Part shown: positions 1 through 8,695 of the stretch, piece by piece
How the letters are laid out: each line of letters starts with the position of its first letter
How positions within the stretch are numbered: position 1 is the first letter of the stretch
Origin: Deltaproteobacteria bacterium
GTDB taxonomy: Bacteria; Myxococcota; Kuafuiibacteriia; Kuafuiibacteriales; Kuafuiibacteriaceae
DNA: 64,000 nt
Direction: 5' to 3'
Assembly (NCBI GenBank): GCA_040218735.1
Contig: JAVJQW010000043.1
Span: 160,001 to 224,000 of the forward strand
The notes under the pieces: model-generated
Database searches by the model: none
Seen by the model: only the letters and a program-made list of their open reading frames with translations
Told to the model about the DNA's origin: nothing
Program-made: the position numbers and the translations under genes

Positions 1-224
1 AGCAAGTGCTGGGCCTCGCGCGTCGTCGCGCACTTGAAGCGTCGCAGCCCGGACGCGTGGAGGAGCTCGAACGTGCGCACCAGCTTCGACGTCTTCACGT
101 GCGGGCGGAGCCGCTCGAGCCCGGCCATCGCGACGAGTCGATCCACGTTCCGCTGCGCCGCCGTCAGGTCGATCAGGAGCGCCGGCGTGATCACCTTCGC
201 GAGGGTGGCGTCGTCGAGTTTCAT
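1..224 (-). CDS. PLP-dependent alanine-racemase-fold enzyme (D-threonine aldolase/D-serine dehydratase family), 5' part; runs off window edge
   Basis: Not in the ORF track. Hand translation gives MKLDDATLAKVITPALLIDL...LRPHVKTSK...FKCAT, with the TPAL and RPHxKT (PLP lysine) motifs. ATGA overlap with the TolC stop. Confidence 0.8.
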   Translation of the reverse strand, partial: MKLDDATLAKVITPALLIDLTAAQRNVDRLVAMAGLERLRPHVKTSKLVRTFELLHASGLRRFKCATTREAQHL

Positions 225-1543
225 GGGACCTCCGCGAGGTCGATGCCGACCGCGCGTCGCAGATCTTCCTTCGCGACCTCGATGTCGTAGCGCGCCTCGA
301 CCATCGTGCGCTGCGCGGCGGTCAGGTTGATCTCCGCATCACGGAGCTCGAGCGCCGTGCCGCGGCCCGCTTCGAACAATCCGCGCGCGAGGCGCACCGC
401 CTCTTCGGCAGCGCGCACGCCGCGCTTCGACAGCGTGTGGATGCGGCGCTGCTTCTCGAGCTGGCCGAGCTGCTCGTCGACGTTGGAGATCGCGCGCCGC
501 ACGTTGTCGTCGAGTGTCGCGACGAGCTTGCGCAGCTCGATGCGCGCGCGCTGCACGCGGGCGTCGGTGGCGCGGCCTTCGAAGAGATTCCACTGCAGTC
601 GCAGGCTCGCCGCCGCGAAGTAGTCCTCGAGCGGGTTGCCGAAGAAGATGCTCGCCGTCGGGTTGTTGCGCTGATAGCTCATCTGAATCGCGAGCGTCGG
701 CCAATAGTCGGCCTTCGCGATGTCGATGTCCTTGGTGGCGGCCTCCATCTCGGCGCGCTGCTGTTCGAGGTCGGGGCGATGGTGCAGCGCTGCCTTCGTG
801 AGTCGTTCCCGGGCCGGGACGTTGATCGCGACGGTCGACGAGCGTACGGACGCCGTCATCTCGAGCTCGACGCCCGTCTCGGCCGGACGACCCATCTGGA
901 TGTTCAGCGCTTGCGCGGCGAGCTGCCGGTTCAGGAGGAGGTTCTCGCGCTCGATGAGGTCCGAGGTGAGGTTGCGCTCCGCCGTCGCCACGTCGCGCGA
1001 CGTTCCGCGCCCCACCTCCAAGAGTGTCTTCGCGCGGCCGAGCTGATCCTCCGAGAGCGAGACGCGCTGATCGATCGTCTTGAGCGCGTAGTCCGCCTTG
1101 GCGAGGCTGTAGAACGCGCGCGTCGTCAGGGCGCGCACCTCGTTCTCGATGGAACGCAGCGCAGCTCTCTGACTCGCCTCTACGTCCGACACTCGCGCGA
1201 GCACCTTCCACCACCGGCCGCCGTCGAAGATCAGCTGCTGCGCCGACAGCCCGAGCGAGAGCTGACCGCTCACGTTCGTCGCACCGGCACCGATGACGAC
1301 GGGCTGCCCCGGTTGGGTCACGTTCCCGGCGCCGTTCGCAGAGTTCGTGATGAGCGTGCTCGCGCTCGCCGACATGTCGAGGCGCGGGAGGATCGCCGAG
1401 AGCGCCGTCATGTGCTCGACGTCCACCAGCACGACGTTCTCGCGCGCAACGATCACCGTCGCCGCATGCTCGCTTGCGAAGTCGATGGCCTCGTCGAGCG
1501 TTAGCGGCTGCGCCGCCGTGACGAGCAGCAGAGGGAGGAGCAT
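221..1543 (-). CDS. TolC-family outer membrane efflux protein
   Basis: Signal peptide MLLPLLLVTAAQ, then LTLDEAI, QQLIFDGGR, RPDL, ADYWPTL, WNLFEG and G.GTALELRDAE; two OEP repeats. Start re-picked at ATG 1543. Confidence 0.9.
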   Translation of the reverse strand: MLLPLLLVTAAQPLTLDEAIDFASEHAATVIVARENVVLVDVEHMTALSAILPRLDMSASASTLITNSANGAGNVTQPGQPVVIGAGATNVSGQLSLGLSAQQLIFDGGRWWKVLARVSDVEASQRAALRSIENEVRALTTRAFYSLAKADYALKTIDQRVSLSEDQLGRAKTLLEVGRGTSRDVATAERNLTSDLIERENLLLNRQLAAQALNIQMGRPAETGVELEMTASVRSSTVAINVPARERLTKAALHHRPDLEQQRAEMEAATKDIDIAKADYWPTLAIQMSYQRNNPTASIFFGNPLEDYFAAASLRLQWNLFEGRATDARVQRARIELRKLVATLDDNVRRAISNVDEQLGQLEKQRRIHTLSKRGVRAAEEAVRLARGLFEAGRGTALELRDAEINLTAAQRTMVEARYDIEVAKEDLRRAVGIDLAEVP

Positions 1544-2103
1544 CAGCGCGTGATCCAGTTTTCGGCGAACGCGCCGTCCGACGCGACGTCCTCCGGCGCG
1601 CGCCGGTAGTGCGCGGTGAGGAACGCTTCGATGTCGTCCGTGCACACCTCGTCCGCGAGGTACGTCCACTCCCAGGTCACGACCGCGATCGGCTGCGGCA
1701 GCCCGTCGTAGGGCGCGAGGATGTACCGGAACGCGCCGCCGGTGTCCGCCGGGCGGGATGTCGCGAACGTTCGCATCCCGGCGGCGACGTCGTCCGGATC
1801 CCCGGGCGCGTACAAAAACGCCGCGCCGCCGTGTTCCAGGTTGTGGAGCCACCGGTCCGGCCCGAGCTCGGAGTACTCACCCCACTTCGCCCACTGCGGC
1901 CGGTGGTTGCCGCTCGACGGGGGTGAATCGACGTAGTCGATCGGCGTCGGCTCCGAGACGTGTGCGGCGCCGCGGCTGTCCGTCTGCGTGATCGTCCCGC
2001 ACGCCGTCGGGCCGGCGTCGGCGTTCATCGTCGTGTCGTCGTCGGTGTCGTCGCCGCTGCAGCCAGCGAGGACGAGCGCGATCACCAGGCCCCATCGCTT
2101 CAT
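1543..2103 (-). CDS. DUF3105-family lipoprotein
   Basis: Lipobox VLAGC; PPSSGNH, LHNLEHG and final APE motifs typical of DUF3105. Start at ATG 2103. Confidence 0.8.
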   Translation of the reverse strand: MKRWGLVIALVLAGCSGDDTDDDTTMNADAGPTACGTITQTDSRGAAHVSEPTPIDYVDSPPSSGNHRPQWAKWGEYSELGPDRWLHNLEHGGAAFLYAPGDPDDVAAGMRTFATSRPADTGGAFRYILAPYDGLPQPIAVVTWEWTYLADEVCTDDIEAFLTAHYRRAPEDVASDGAFAENWITR

Positions 2104-2141
2104 CGGCAACAGCGCTAACAAACAACGACGTCGCCGGTAAA

Positions 2142-2885
2142 CTACGGTCGAACGTGGGCGCCGCGGGCGGCGAGGGCCTCGCGCACCTCGCGCACGGTGT
2201 GTTGACCGAAGTGAAAGATCGACGCCGCGAGCACGGCGTCGGCCCCCGCGATCTCGAGCCCGTCGTAGAGGTGGTCGATCGTCCCGACCCCGCCGGACGC
2301 CACGACCGGGACGTCGACCGCGTCGACGACGGCGCGGGTGGTCTCGAGGTCGTAGCCGCCCTTGGTCCCGTCGTGGTCCATCGAGGTCAGCAGGATCTCC
2401 CCCGCCCCGCGCTCGGTGACCTCGCGAGCCCAGGCCAGGCTGTCGACGCCCGTCGGTTTGCGTCCCCCTGCGACGTAGACTTCGCCGCCGCGGGTGTCGA
2501 TCGCGACCACCAGGCACTGCGATCCCACCGCCGCGACGATGCGGTCGATCAGCGTCGGATCCTTCACCGCCGCCGAGTTCACGGCGACCTTGTCGGCGCC
2601 GTGGTCGAGGAGGCGCCGCACGTCGTCGACCTTGCGCACGCCGCCGCCCACCGTCAGCGGGACGCGCACGCGATCCGCGGTGCGCTCCACGGTGTCGTAG
2701 AGCGTGTCGCGCTCGTCCGACGTCGCCGTGATGTCGAGGAAACAGATCTCGTCGGCGCCGTCCTGGTCGTAGCGTTCGGCGCACTCGGCGGGGTTACCGG
2801 CGTCGGTCAGCCCCACGAACTGCACGCCCTTCACGACGCGCCCGTCCTTCACGTCGAGGCACGGGATGATCCGGCGGTAAGGCAT
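2142..2885 (-). CDS. hisF: Imidazole glycerol phosphate synthase cyclase subunit
   Basis: [59 protein letters not shown]. Confidence 0.97.
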   Translation of the reverse strand: MPYRRIIPCLDVKDGRVVKGVQFVGLTDAGNPAECAERYDQDGADEICFLDITATSDERDTLYDTVERTADRVRVPLTVGGGVRKVDDVRRLLDHGADKVAVNSAAVKDPTLIDRIVAAVGSQCLVVAIDTRGGEVYVAGGRKPTGVDSLAWAREVTERGAGEILLTSMDHDGTKGGYDLETTRAVVDAVDVPVVASGGVGTIDHLYDGLEIAGADAVLAASIFHFGQHTVREVREALAARGAHVRP

Positions 2886-3598
2886 CAGCGGGTCCGCTGG
2901 ATCGCCGCGCGCAGATCGAGATCGCCGTCGTAGATCGCACGCCCGACGACGACCCCCGCGACGTTCGTGGGCAGCAACGCATCGACGTCTTCGATGCTCT
3001 TCACGCCGCCCGACGCGTACACCGGGATCGACACCGCCGACGCGAGGTCGACCGTCGCCTGCACGTTCACGCCCTTGCCGGTCCCGTCCCGCGCGATGTC
3101 GGTCGTGATGATCCCCGCCGCGCCCGCGTCCGCCACGAACTTGGCGACGTCGAGCACCGTCCGGTCCGAAGCCTCCGTCCAACCCTCCGTGCGCACGAAA
3201 CCGTCGCGCCCGTCGATGCCGGCGAGGATCCGCCCGGGGTGGGCGGCACAGAGCGCCGAGAAGTCGTCGGGCGCCTTCACGATCATCGTGCCGATCATCG
3301 CGAACCGCACGCCGGCCTCGAACAGCGCCTCGACGGCCGCCGCGTTGCGCAGGCCACCGCCGACCTCCACGTCGACCTCCACCGCGTCGACGATCGAGCG
3401 GATGACGTCGAGGTTCTTGGGCCGCCCGTCGAACGCGCCGTCGAGGTCCACGACGTGGATGCGCTCGGCGCCCGCTTCGACGAACGCACGCGCCACCGCG
3501 ACGGGATCCTCGGCGACGGTACGCGTCGAGTCGCGCGCACCTTCGTACAGGCGCACGCACCGGCCGTCCGCCAGGTCGATCGCAGGGATGACGAGCAC
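2885..3598 (-). CDS. hisA: ProFAR isomerase
   Basis: [46 protein letters not shown]. Coupled to hisF. GTG start at 3598. Confidence 0.95.
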   Translation of the reverse strand: MLVIPAIDLADGRCVRLYEGARDSTRTVAEDPVAVARAFVEAGAERIHVVDLDGAFDGRPKNLDVIRSIVDAVEVDVEVGGGLRNAAAVEALFEAGVRFAMIGTMIVKAPDDFSALCAAHPGRILAGIDGRDGFVRTEGWTEASDRTVLDVAKFVADAGAAGIITTDIARDGTGKGVNVQATVDLASAVSIPVYASGGVKSIEDVDALLPTNVAGVVVGRAIYDGDLDLRAAIQRTR

Positions 3599-3605
3599 GG
3601 CGAAG

Positions 3606-5600
3606 TCAGGGGACCTTGTCGAGCTGACAGTCGACGGTCGCCGTGGCCTCCGTCGTCGACGCGAGCGCCCGCACACAGGTCGTGTGGCCTGAAAGCTCGA
3701 ACTGAATCGAGTGCGCCCGGTTGCCTTCGACGTTCTTGAACGTGAACGGCGTCTTCGCCCCGGTGTCCTTCCCGTCCAGGAGGATCTTCGCGCCCGGCGG
3801 CGTCGACGTGAGCGTCACCTCGACCATCGGCGACTGCGACCCCTGCCAGAGCCACACCGCGTAGGCGATCGCACCCACGAGCGCCCCGAGCCCGGCGACG
3901 AAGAACACCAACCCGAGTTTGTCGCTCTTCGGCGCGTCCTCTTCCGCGAGCACCGTCCGCGAGCGCGGCGTCACGTTCTGCGCCGGGTCCTGTTGAATCG
4001 GCGGACGCGCGGGCGTGTGCTGGTGCGGTCGCGGCGGTGAGACGGGCACGCGCCCCTGCCGCGCCTGGTTGGCGGCGTGGACCGCCGGATCCACCGGCTG
4101 CACCGAGACCTCGCTGCTCCGTGGTTTGACCTGGACGCCGGGTGAGTAGTCGTGACGCGCGCGGGCGGCGTTGTTGCGAAGCTCCGCCATCTCCTCCGCG
4201 GAGAGTGTGCCGAGCATGGTCGGCAGCTCGCCGTCGTGCTCCTCCGGGAGCTGCTGGGCGGGCATCTCGAGGTTCGTCGGGCCGTCATCGTCGGCCGCGG
4301 GGTCGTCGTCGAAGAGGCCGCGCACCTGCGACGAGAAGCGGCGCCGCGACGTCCCCGGATTGGTGTAGCCGCTGTGTGCAAGGAAGGCCGGTGCGCCCCC
4401 TTCGGCCGGGTCGCGCATCGGCTCCGGGCTGCGCGATATCTCGACCACGCGATCGCGCTGGCCGCGGGGGAGGGCGTCCGCGCTGGAGCTCTCGTCGATG
4501 ACGACCTGCGGGCGTCGCCGCTCGGGTTGATTCCCCGCGTCCTGCGGGGGCGCGAGGTCTTCGGCGCGGCCCTGGACCATCGCTTCGATGAGGGCGTCGT
4601 CGTCGCCGCGCGCGCGCGCAGCGCGCTCGAGCTCGATGCGGTCCGCGAACAGGTCCGTCATGAACCGCCCGAGCATCGACGTGGGCGCCGGGGTGCGGTT
4701 CTCCTGGAGGAAGCGCTCCAACGCGTTGAGCATCTCCCCGGCGGTCGAGAAGCGATCCCCCGGGGCCTTGCGCATCGCGCGCATGAAGATCTCGCCGAGC
4801 CCGCCCGGGAACTGTGAGTCGATCGAACAGGGGTGGGGCGGATCCTTGTCGAGGATCGCGCGCAGCACCTCCATGTCCGACTCCGCGTAGAACGGGTGCC
4901 GACGCAGCAGCAGCTCGTAGAACACCTCCGCGAGCGCGAACAGGTCGGAGCGTCCGTCGACCTTCCCGCCGCTGACTTGCTCCGGTGACATGTACGCGAA
5001 CTTGCCCTTGATGAGCCCCGCGCGGGTCTGGTGGAGGCGGCCTTCGGCCTTCGCGACGCCGAAGTCGACCAGCTTCACCGTGCCGTCGTAGGTCACGATG
5101 ATGTTCTGCGGAGACACGTCGCGGTGCACGACGTTCATCCTCCGCCCGCTGCGGTCACTGAACGCGTGCGCGTAGTCGAGCGCGTCCAGCGCGCTGCAGC
5201 ACACGCGCACCGCGAGCGGCATCGGCAGCTCCGCGTTGCGACCGTGCAGTCGCGCGAGGAGGTCGCGCAGGTTCACCCCGCGCAGCAGCTCCATCGAGAT
5301 GAAGAGGGAACCGTCCAACTCGCCGAGCTCGTAGATGTGGACGACGTTCGGGTGCCGCAGCTGCGAGGCGATGTTCGCCTCGTCGTAGAACATCTGGACG
5401 AACTCTTGGTCGGACTGCAGCTCGGGGAGGAGGCGCTTGAGGACGACTTCGCGCTCCTGACCGTTCGAGGTCCGCATGCGCGACAGATAGATCTCCGCCA
5501 TACCGCCCGACGCGATGCGTCCGACGATCTCGTAGCGATCCTCCGCAGGAATCGACGTGTCGATGCCGGCGGCGGTCGGTCTGGGGCCTACGTGCGCCAA
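3606..5600 (-). CDS. Membrane Ser/Thr protein kinase with C-terminal PEGA-like domain
   Basis: GGMAEIY, VVLKR, HRDVSPQN, DFG, GKFAYMSPEQ; TM helix LGLVFFVAGLGALVGAIAYAVW; PEGA-like STPPGAKILLDG..TG.KTP. Confidence 0.92.
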   Translation of the reverse strand: MAHVGPRPTAAGIDTSIPAEDRYEIVGRIASGGMAEIYLSRMRTSNGQEREVVLKRLLPELQSDQEFVQMFYDEANIASQLRHPNVVHIYELGELDGSLFISMELLRGVNLRDLLARLHGRNAELPMPLAVRVCCSALDALDYAHAFSDRSGRRMNVVHRDVSPQNIIVTYDGTVKLVDFGVAKAEGRLHQTRAGLIKGKFAYMSPEQVSGGKVDGRSDLFALAEVFYELLLRRHPFYAESDMEVLRAILDKDPPHPCSIDSQFPGGLGEIFMRAMRKAPGDRFSTAGEMLNALERFLQENRTPAPTSMLGRFMTDLFADRIELERAARARGDDDALIEAMVQGRAEDLAPPQDAGNQPERRRPQVVIDESSSADALPRGQRDRVVEISRSPEPMRDPAEGGAPAFLAHSGYTNPGTSRRRFSSQVRGLFDDDPAADDDGPTNLEMPAQQLPEEHDGELPTMLGTLSAEEMAELRNNAARARHDYSPGVQVKPRSSEVSVQPVDPAVHAANQARQGRVPVSPPRPHQHTPARPPIQQDPAQNVTPRSRTVLAEEDAPKSDKLGLVFFVAGLGALVGAIAYAVWLWQGSQSPMVEVTLTSTPPGAKILLDGKDTGAKTPFTFKNVEGNRAHSIQFELSGHTTCVRALASTTEATATVDCQLDKVP

Positions 5601-5687
5601 GCGGTCAGGTCTCAGTGATAGTCAGGGTCCGAGCGTGACGCAAGGGTGGGCGAGCACTGCCCTGATCTGGGGCACTTGGTCGAGGGT

Positions 5688-6650
5688 TCAAGCCGCGGGG
5701 GAGGCCGCCGGCGGGGCCGCTTGGCCCCCTTGCGGCGCCTGGGCGTAGGCTGCGACCGGCCCCGACAGGAACTTCTCCAGGCGCAGGTTGATCAGCTCCG
5801 GCTGCTCGATCAGGGCCGCGTGGGACCCGCGCGGGATCTCCAGTAGCTCCGCGTTCGGCATTCGCCCCGCCATCTCGACCGACAGGTGCCGCGGCGTGAA
5901 CAGGTCCCGCTCTCCCGCGACGACCAGCGCCGGGCAGCGGATGTTGCCGAGGATGTCGGAGGCGTCGTGCTCCTGCGCCGCGCGCACCATCTCGAAGAAT
6001 ACGCGCACGTCTTGCCGAGCGAGGTGCTCGAGGTACGGGTCGAGGTCGCTCTTGCGACACAGATCGGGATGCACGAGCCCCGACCACCGAGCGAACTGCC
6101 ACATCACCGGCTTGCGCAGGGTCATCCGCATCCCCATCGAGATGAGGTCGGGGATCCGCGACGCGACCGCGTACGCCGCCCGATACACCGTGCGGCCGAT
6201 GCGCGGGTCGATGAACGTGTCCGCGGGGTGCCCGAAGGCCCCGAGCATCGGGACCAACGCGAGCGCTCGGTCGGGGAACAGCCGATAGAACTCGAAGATG
6301 ACCTGACAACCCATCGAGTGGCCGAGGAGCACGGCGCGCTCAATATGGTTGGCGTCCATCACGCGTGCGAGATCGTCCGCGACGCTCGCCATCGTGATGC
6401 TCTCGATGCGGTCGGGGATCCCGCTCGCGCCGTGGCCTCGGTAATCCCAGACGACGACCCGGTGGGTCTTCGAGAAGAACTCACCGACGTAGTCCCAGAA
6501 GAACGTGGAGACGCCGACGCCGTTGCAGCACACGATCGCCGTCGCGTCCGCCGGACCGCCGGCGGCGAAGGCCAGCGGCGTGCCGTCCGCGGCGAGGGTG
6601 GTGCCGGAGGTGCTCCACCATGGAGCACGCTTCTTTGGATAGTCGACCAA
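5688..6650 (-). CDS. Alpha/beta-fold hydrolase
   Basis: WDYRGHG, nucleophile elbow GHSMG, GERDLFTP, GSH catalytic His. Confidence 0.88.
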   Translation of the reverse strand: MVDYPKKRAPWWSTSGTTLAADGTPLAFAAGGPADATAIVCCNGVGVSTFFWDYVGEFFSKTHRVVVWDYRGHGASGIPDRIESITMASVADDLARVMDANHIERAVLLGHSMGCQVIFEFYRLFPDRALALVPMLGAFGHPADTFIDPRIGRTVYRAAYAVASRIPDLISMGMRMTLRKPVMWQFARWSGLVHPDLCRKSDLDPYLEHLARQDVRVFFEMVRAAQEHDASDILGNIRCPALVVAGERDLFTPRHLSVEMAGRMPNAELLEIPRGSHAALIEQPELINLRLEKFLSGPVAAYAQAPQGGQAAPPAASPAA

Positions 6651-6679
6651 GGTCCAGACGCATAGTACAAGGCCGGGCG

Positions 6680-7621
6680 ATGGCCTACTACCTCGTGACC
6701 GGCGGCGCCGGGTTCATCGGCTCGAACCTGGTCGAAGCGCTGCTCGCCCGCGGCGACAAGGTGCGCGTGCTGGACGACTTCTCGACCGGCAAACGCGACA
6801 ACCTCGCCCCCTTCCTCGACCGCATCGACCTGGTCGAGGGGACGGTCGTCAGCCCGGACGACTGCAAACGTGCCGCCGACGGCGTCGACTACGTGCTGCA
6901 CGAGGCGGCCATCCCGTCGGTGCCGAAGTCGATCGAGCTGCCGGTCGAGACCAACCACGCCAACATCGACGGCGTCCTCAACATGCTCGTCGCCGCGCGC
7001 GACGCGAAGGTGAAGCGGTTTGTGTTCGCGGCGTCCTCGTCGGCGTACGGCGACACCCCCACGCTCCCGAAGGTCGAGGACATGACGGGCGCGCCCAAGA
7101 GCCCGTACGCCATCCAGAAGTTCACCGCGGAGATGTACCTCAAGGTCTTCTACGATTCTTACGGCCTCGAGACGGTCGCGCTTCGGTACTTCAACATCTT
7201 CGGGCCACGGCAGGATCCGACGAGCTTCTACTCGGCGGTCATCCCCAAGTTCATCACCGCGTGCATGCGGGACGAGGCGCCCACGATCTTCGGCGACGGC
7301 GAGACCTCGCGCGACTTCACGCACATCGACAACGTCGTCGCCGCCAACCTCCTCGCCTGCTCCGCGGATCCCAAGTGCGCGGGCCAGGTGATGAACGTCG
7401 CGTGCGGCGAGCGCGTCACGCTCAACGAGCTGTCGGAGCTGATCCGCAAACACGTCGGGAGCGGGAAGCCGGCCGTGCACGAACCGGAGCGCGCCGGCGA
7501 CGTCAAACACTCGCTCGCGAGCATCGAACGCGCGAAGGAGCTCATCGGCTACGAGCCGAAGGTCATGTTCGCGGAAGGCATCGAGCGCGTCGTGAAGTGG
7601 TACATGGAGCACGCGTCCTAA
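6680..7621 (+). CDS. NAD-dependent nucleotide-sugar epimerase/dehydratase (SDR, UDP-Glc/GlcNAc 4-epimerase-like)
   Basis: TGGAGFIGS, ASSSAYG, YAIQK (YxxxK), RYFNIFGPRQDP, RDFTHIDNVV. ATG at 6680. Confidence 0.92.
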   Translation: MAYYLVTGGAGFIGSNLVEALLARGDKVRVLDDFSTGKRDNLAPFLDRIDLVEGTVVSPDDCKRAADGVDYVLHEAAIPSVPKSIELPVETNHANIDGVLNMLVAARDAKVKRFVFAASSSAYGDTPTLPKVEDMTGAPKSPYAIQKFTAEMYLKVFYDSYGLETVALRYFNIFGPRQDPTSFYSAVIPKFITACMRDEAPTIFGDGETSRDFTHIDNVVAANLLACSADPKCAGQVMNVACGERVTLNELSELIRKHVGSGKPAVHEPERAGDVKHSLASIERAKELIGYEPKVMFAEGIERVVKWYMEHAS

Positions 7622-7624
7622 GGC

Positions 7625-8350
7625 ATGAGCGACACCTCGACGGGCACCGGCGCCCTCATCTGCATCCCGACCTACAACGAGGCCGAGAACATCGAGCGAA
7701 TCGTGCCCGCGGTGTTGGACCGCGTGCCCGATGCGCACGTCCTCGTCATCGATGACAACTCACCGGACGGCACGGGCCGCCTCGCGGACGCGCTCGCCGA
7801 CGACAACCCGTCGGTGCACGTGCTCCACCGCGCCGGCAAGGAGGGCCTCGGCAAGGCCTACCTCGCGGGCTTCACGTGGGCGCTCGAGCGCGACTACCAG
7901 TACATCTTCGAGTTCGACGCGGACTTCTCGCACAACCCCGACTACCTCCCGCACTTCATCGCGCTCCTCGATCGCCACGACGTGGTGATCGGCTCGCGCC
8001 GCGTGCCGGGCGGCGGCGTGGAGAACTGGGGCGCGGTGCGCCGGTTCATCTCCTGGGGCGGCAGCCTCTACGCGCGCACCGTGCTCGGGGTGTCGGTGAA
8101 GGATCTCACGGGCGGCTTCAACGGGTTCCGCCGCGACGTCCTCCTCGGCATCGGGCTCGAGAAGGTGAGCACCTCGGGCTACGGGTTCCAGGTCGAGCTC
8201 AAGTTCCGCTGCTTGCGCGCCGGGTACGACGTCGTCGAGGCGCCGATCATGTTCCCGGACCGCGTGCTTGGGAAGTCGAAGATGGGGCCGCACATCATCG
8301 GCGAGGCGATGCTCAACGTGGTGAAGCTGCGCCTCGGCGGCCTGGACTGA
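7625..8350 (+). CDS. GT2 polyprenol-monophosphomannose synthase (DPM1/Ppm1-like)
   Basis: IPTYNE, DDNSPDGT, GLGKAY, DADFSH, GSR, DLTGGF, GYGFQVE, GKSKM. Confidence 0.9.
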   Translation: MSDTSTGTGALICIPTYNEAENIERIVPAVLDRVPDAHVLVIDDNSPDGTGRLADALADDNPSVHVLHRAGKEGLGKAYLAGFTWALERDYQYIFEFDADFSHNPDYLPHFIALLDRHDVVIGSRRVPGGGVENWGAVRRFISWGGSLYARTVLGVSVKDLTGGFNGFRRDVLLGIGLEKVSTSGYGFQVELKFRCLRAGYDVVEAPIMFPDRVLGKSKMGPHIIGEAMLNVVKLRLGGLD

Positions 8351-8357
8351 CTCGGTC

Positions 8358-8678
8358 CTAGTTCATCGGTCGCGTCAGCACGTAGCGACCGTTCTGCAGC
8401 TCGTCGAAGAAGACCCCGAGCATCGGGTGCTCGATCGGCTCGGCCTCGGCGTCGAGCTCCAGGTGGCGCTCGGCGACGTACGTGGTGTGCTGCTTGCCGT
8501 CGACGAGCACGTGGTACCACGGCTTGTCCTTCGGCGGCCGCGAGCGCGCGACCTGGTCGTACCAGTCCTCCGTCCCTTCGAACGTGGGATCGACGGACGT
8601 GATCACCCCCCGGTAGCCGAACTTCAGGTGTTTGATGATCTGACCCGAGGTGAAGCGCGGCGTTTCCATGTCCGCCAT
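8358..8678 (-). CDS. hspQ: Heat shock protein HspQ (YccV-like)
   Basis: FTSGQIIKHLKFGYRGVITSVDP, PWYHVLVD, TYVAERHL, IEHP. Start at ATG 8678 or 8669. Confidence 0.9.
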   Translation of the reverse strand: MADMETPRFTSGQIIKHLKFGYRGVITSVDPTFEGTEDWYDQVARSRPPKDKPWYHVLVDGKQHTTYVAERHLELDAEAEPIEHPMLGVFFDELQNGRYVLTRPMN

Positions 8679-8695
8679 CGCAACACGGCACCGGG

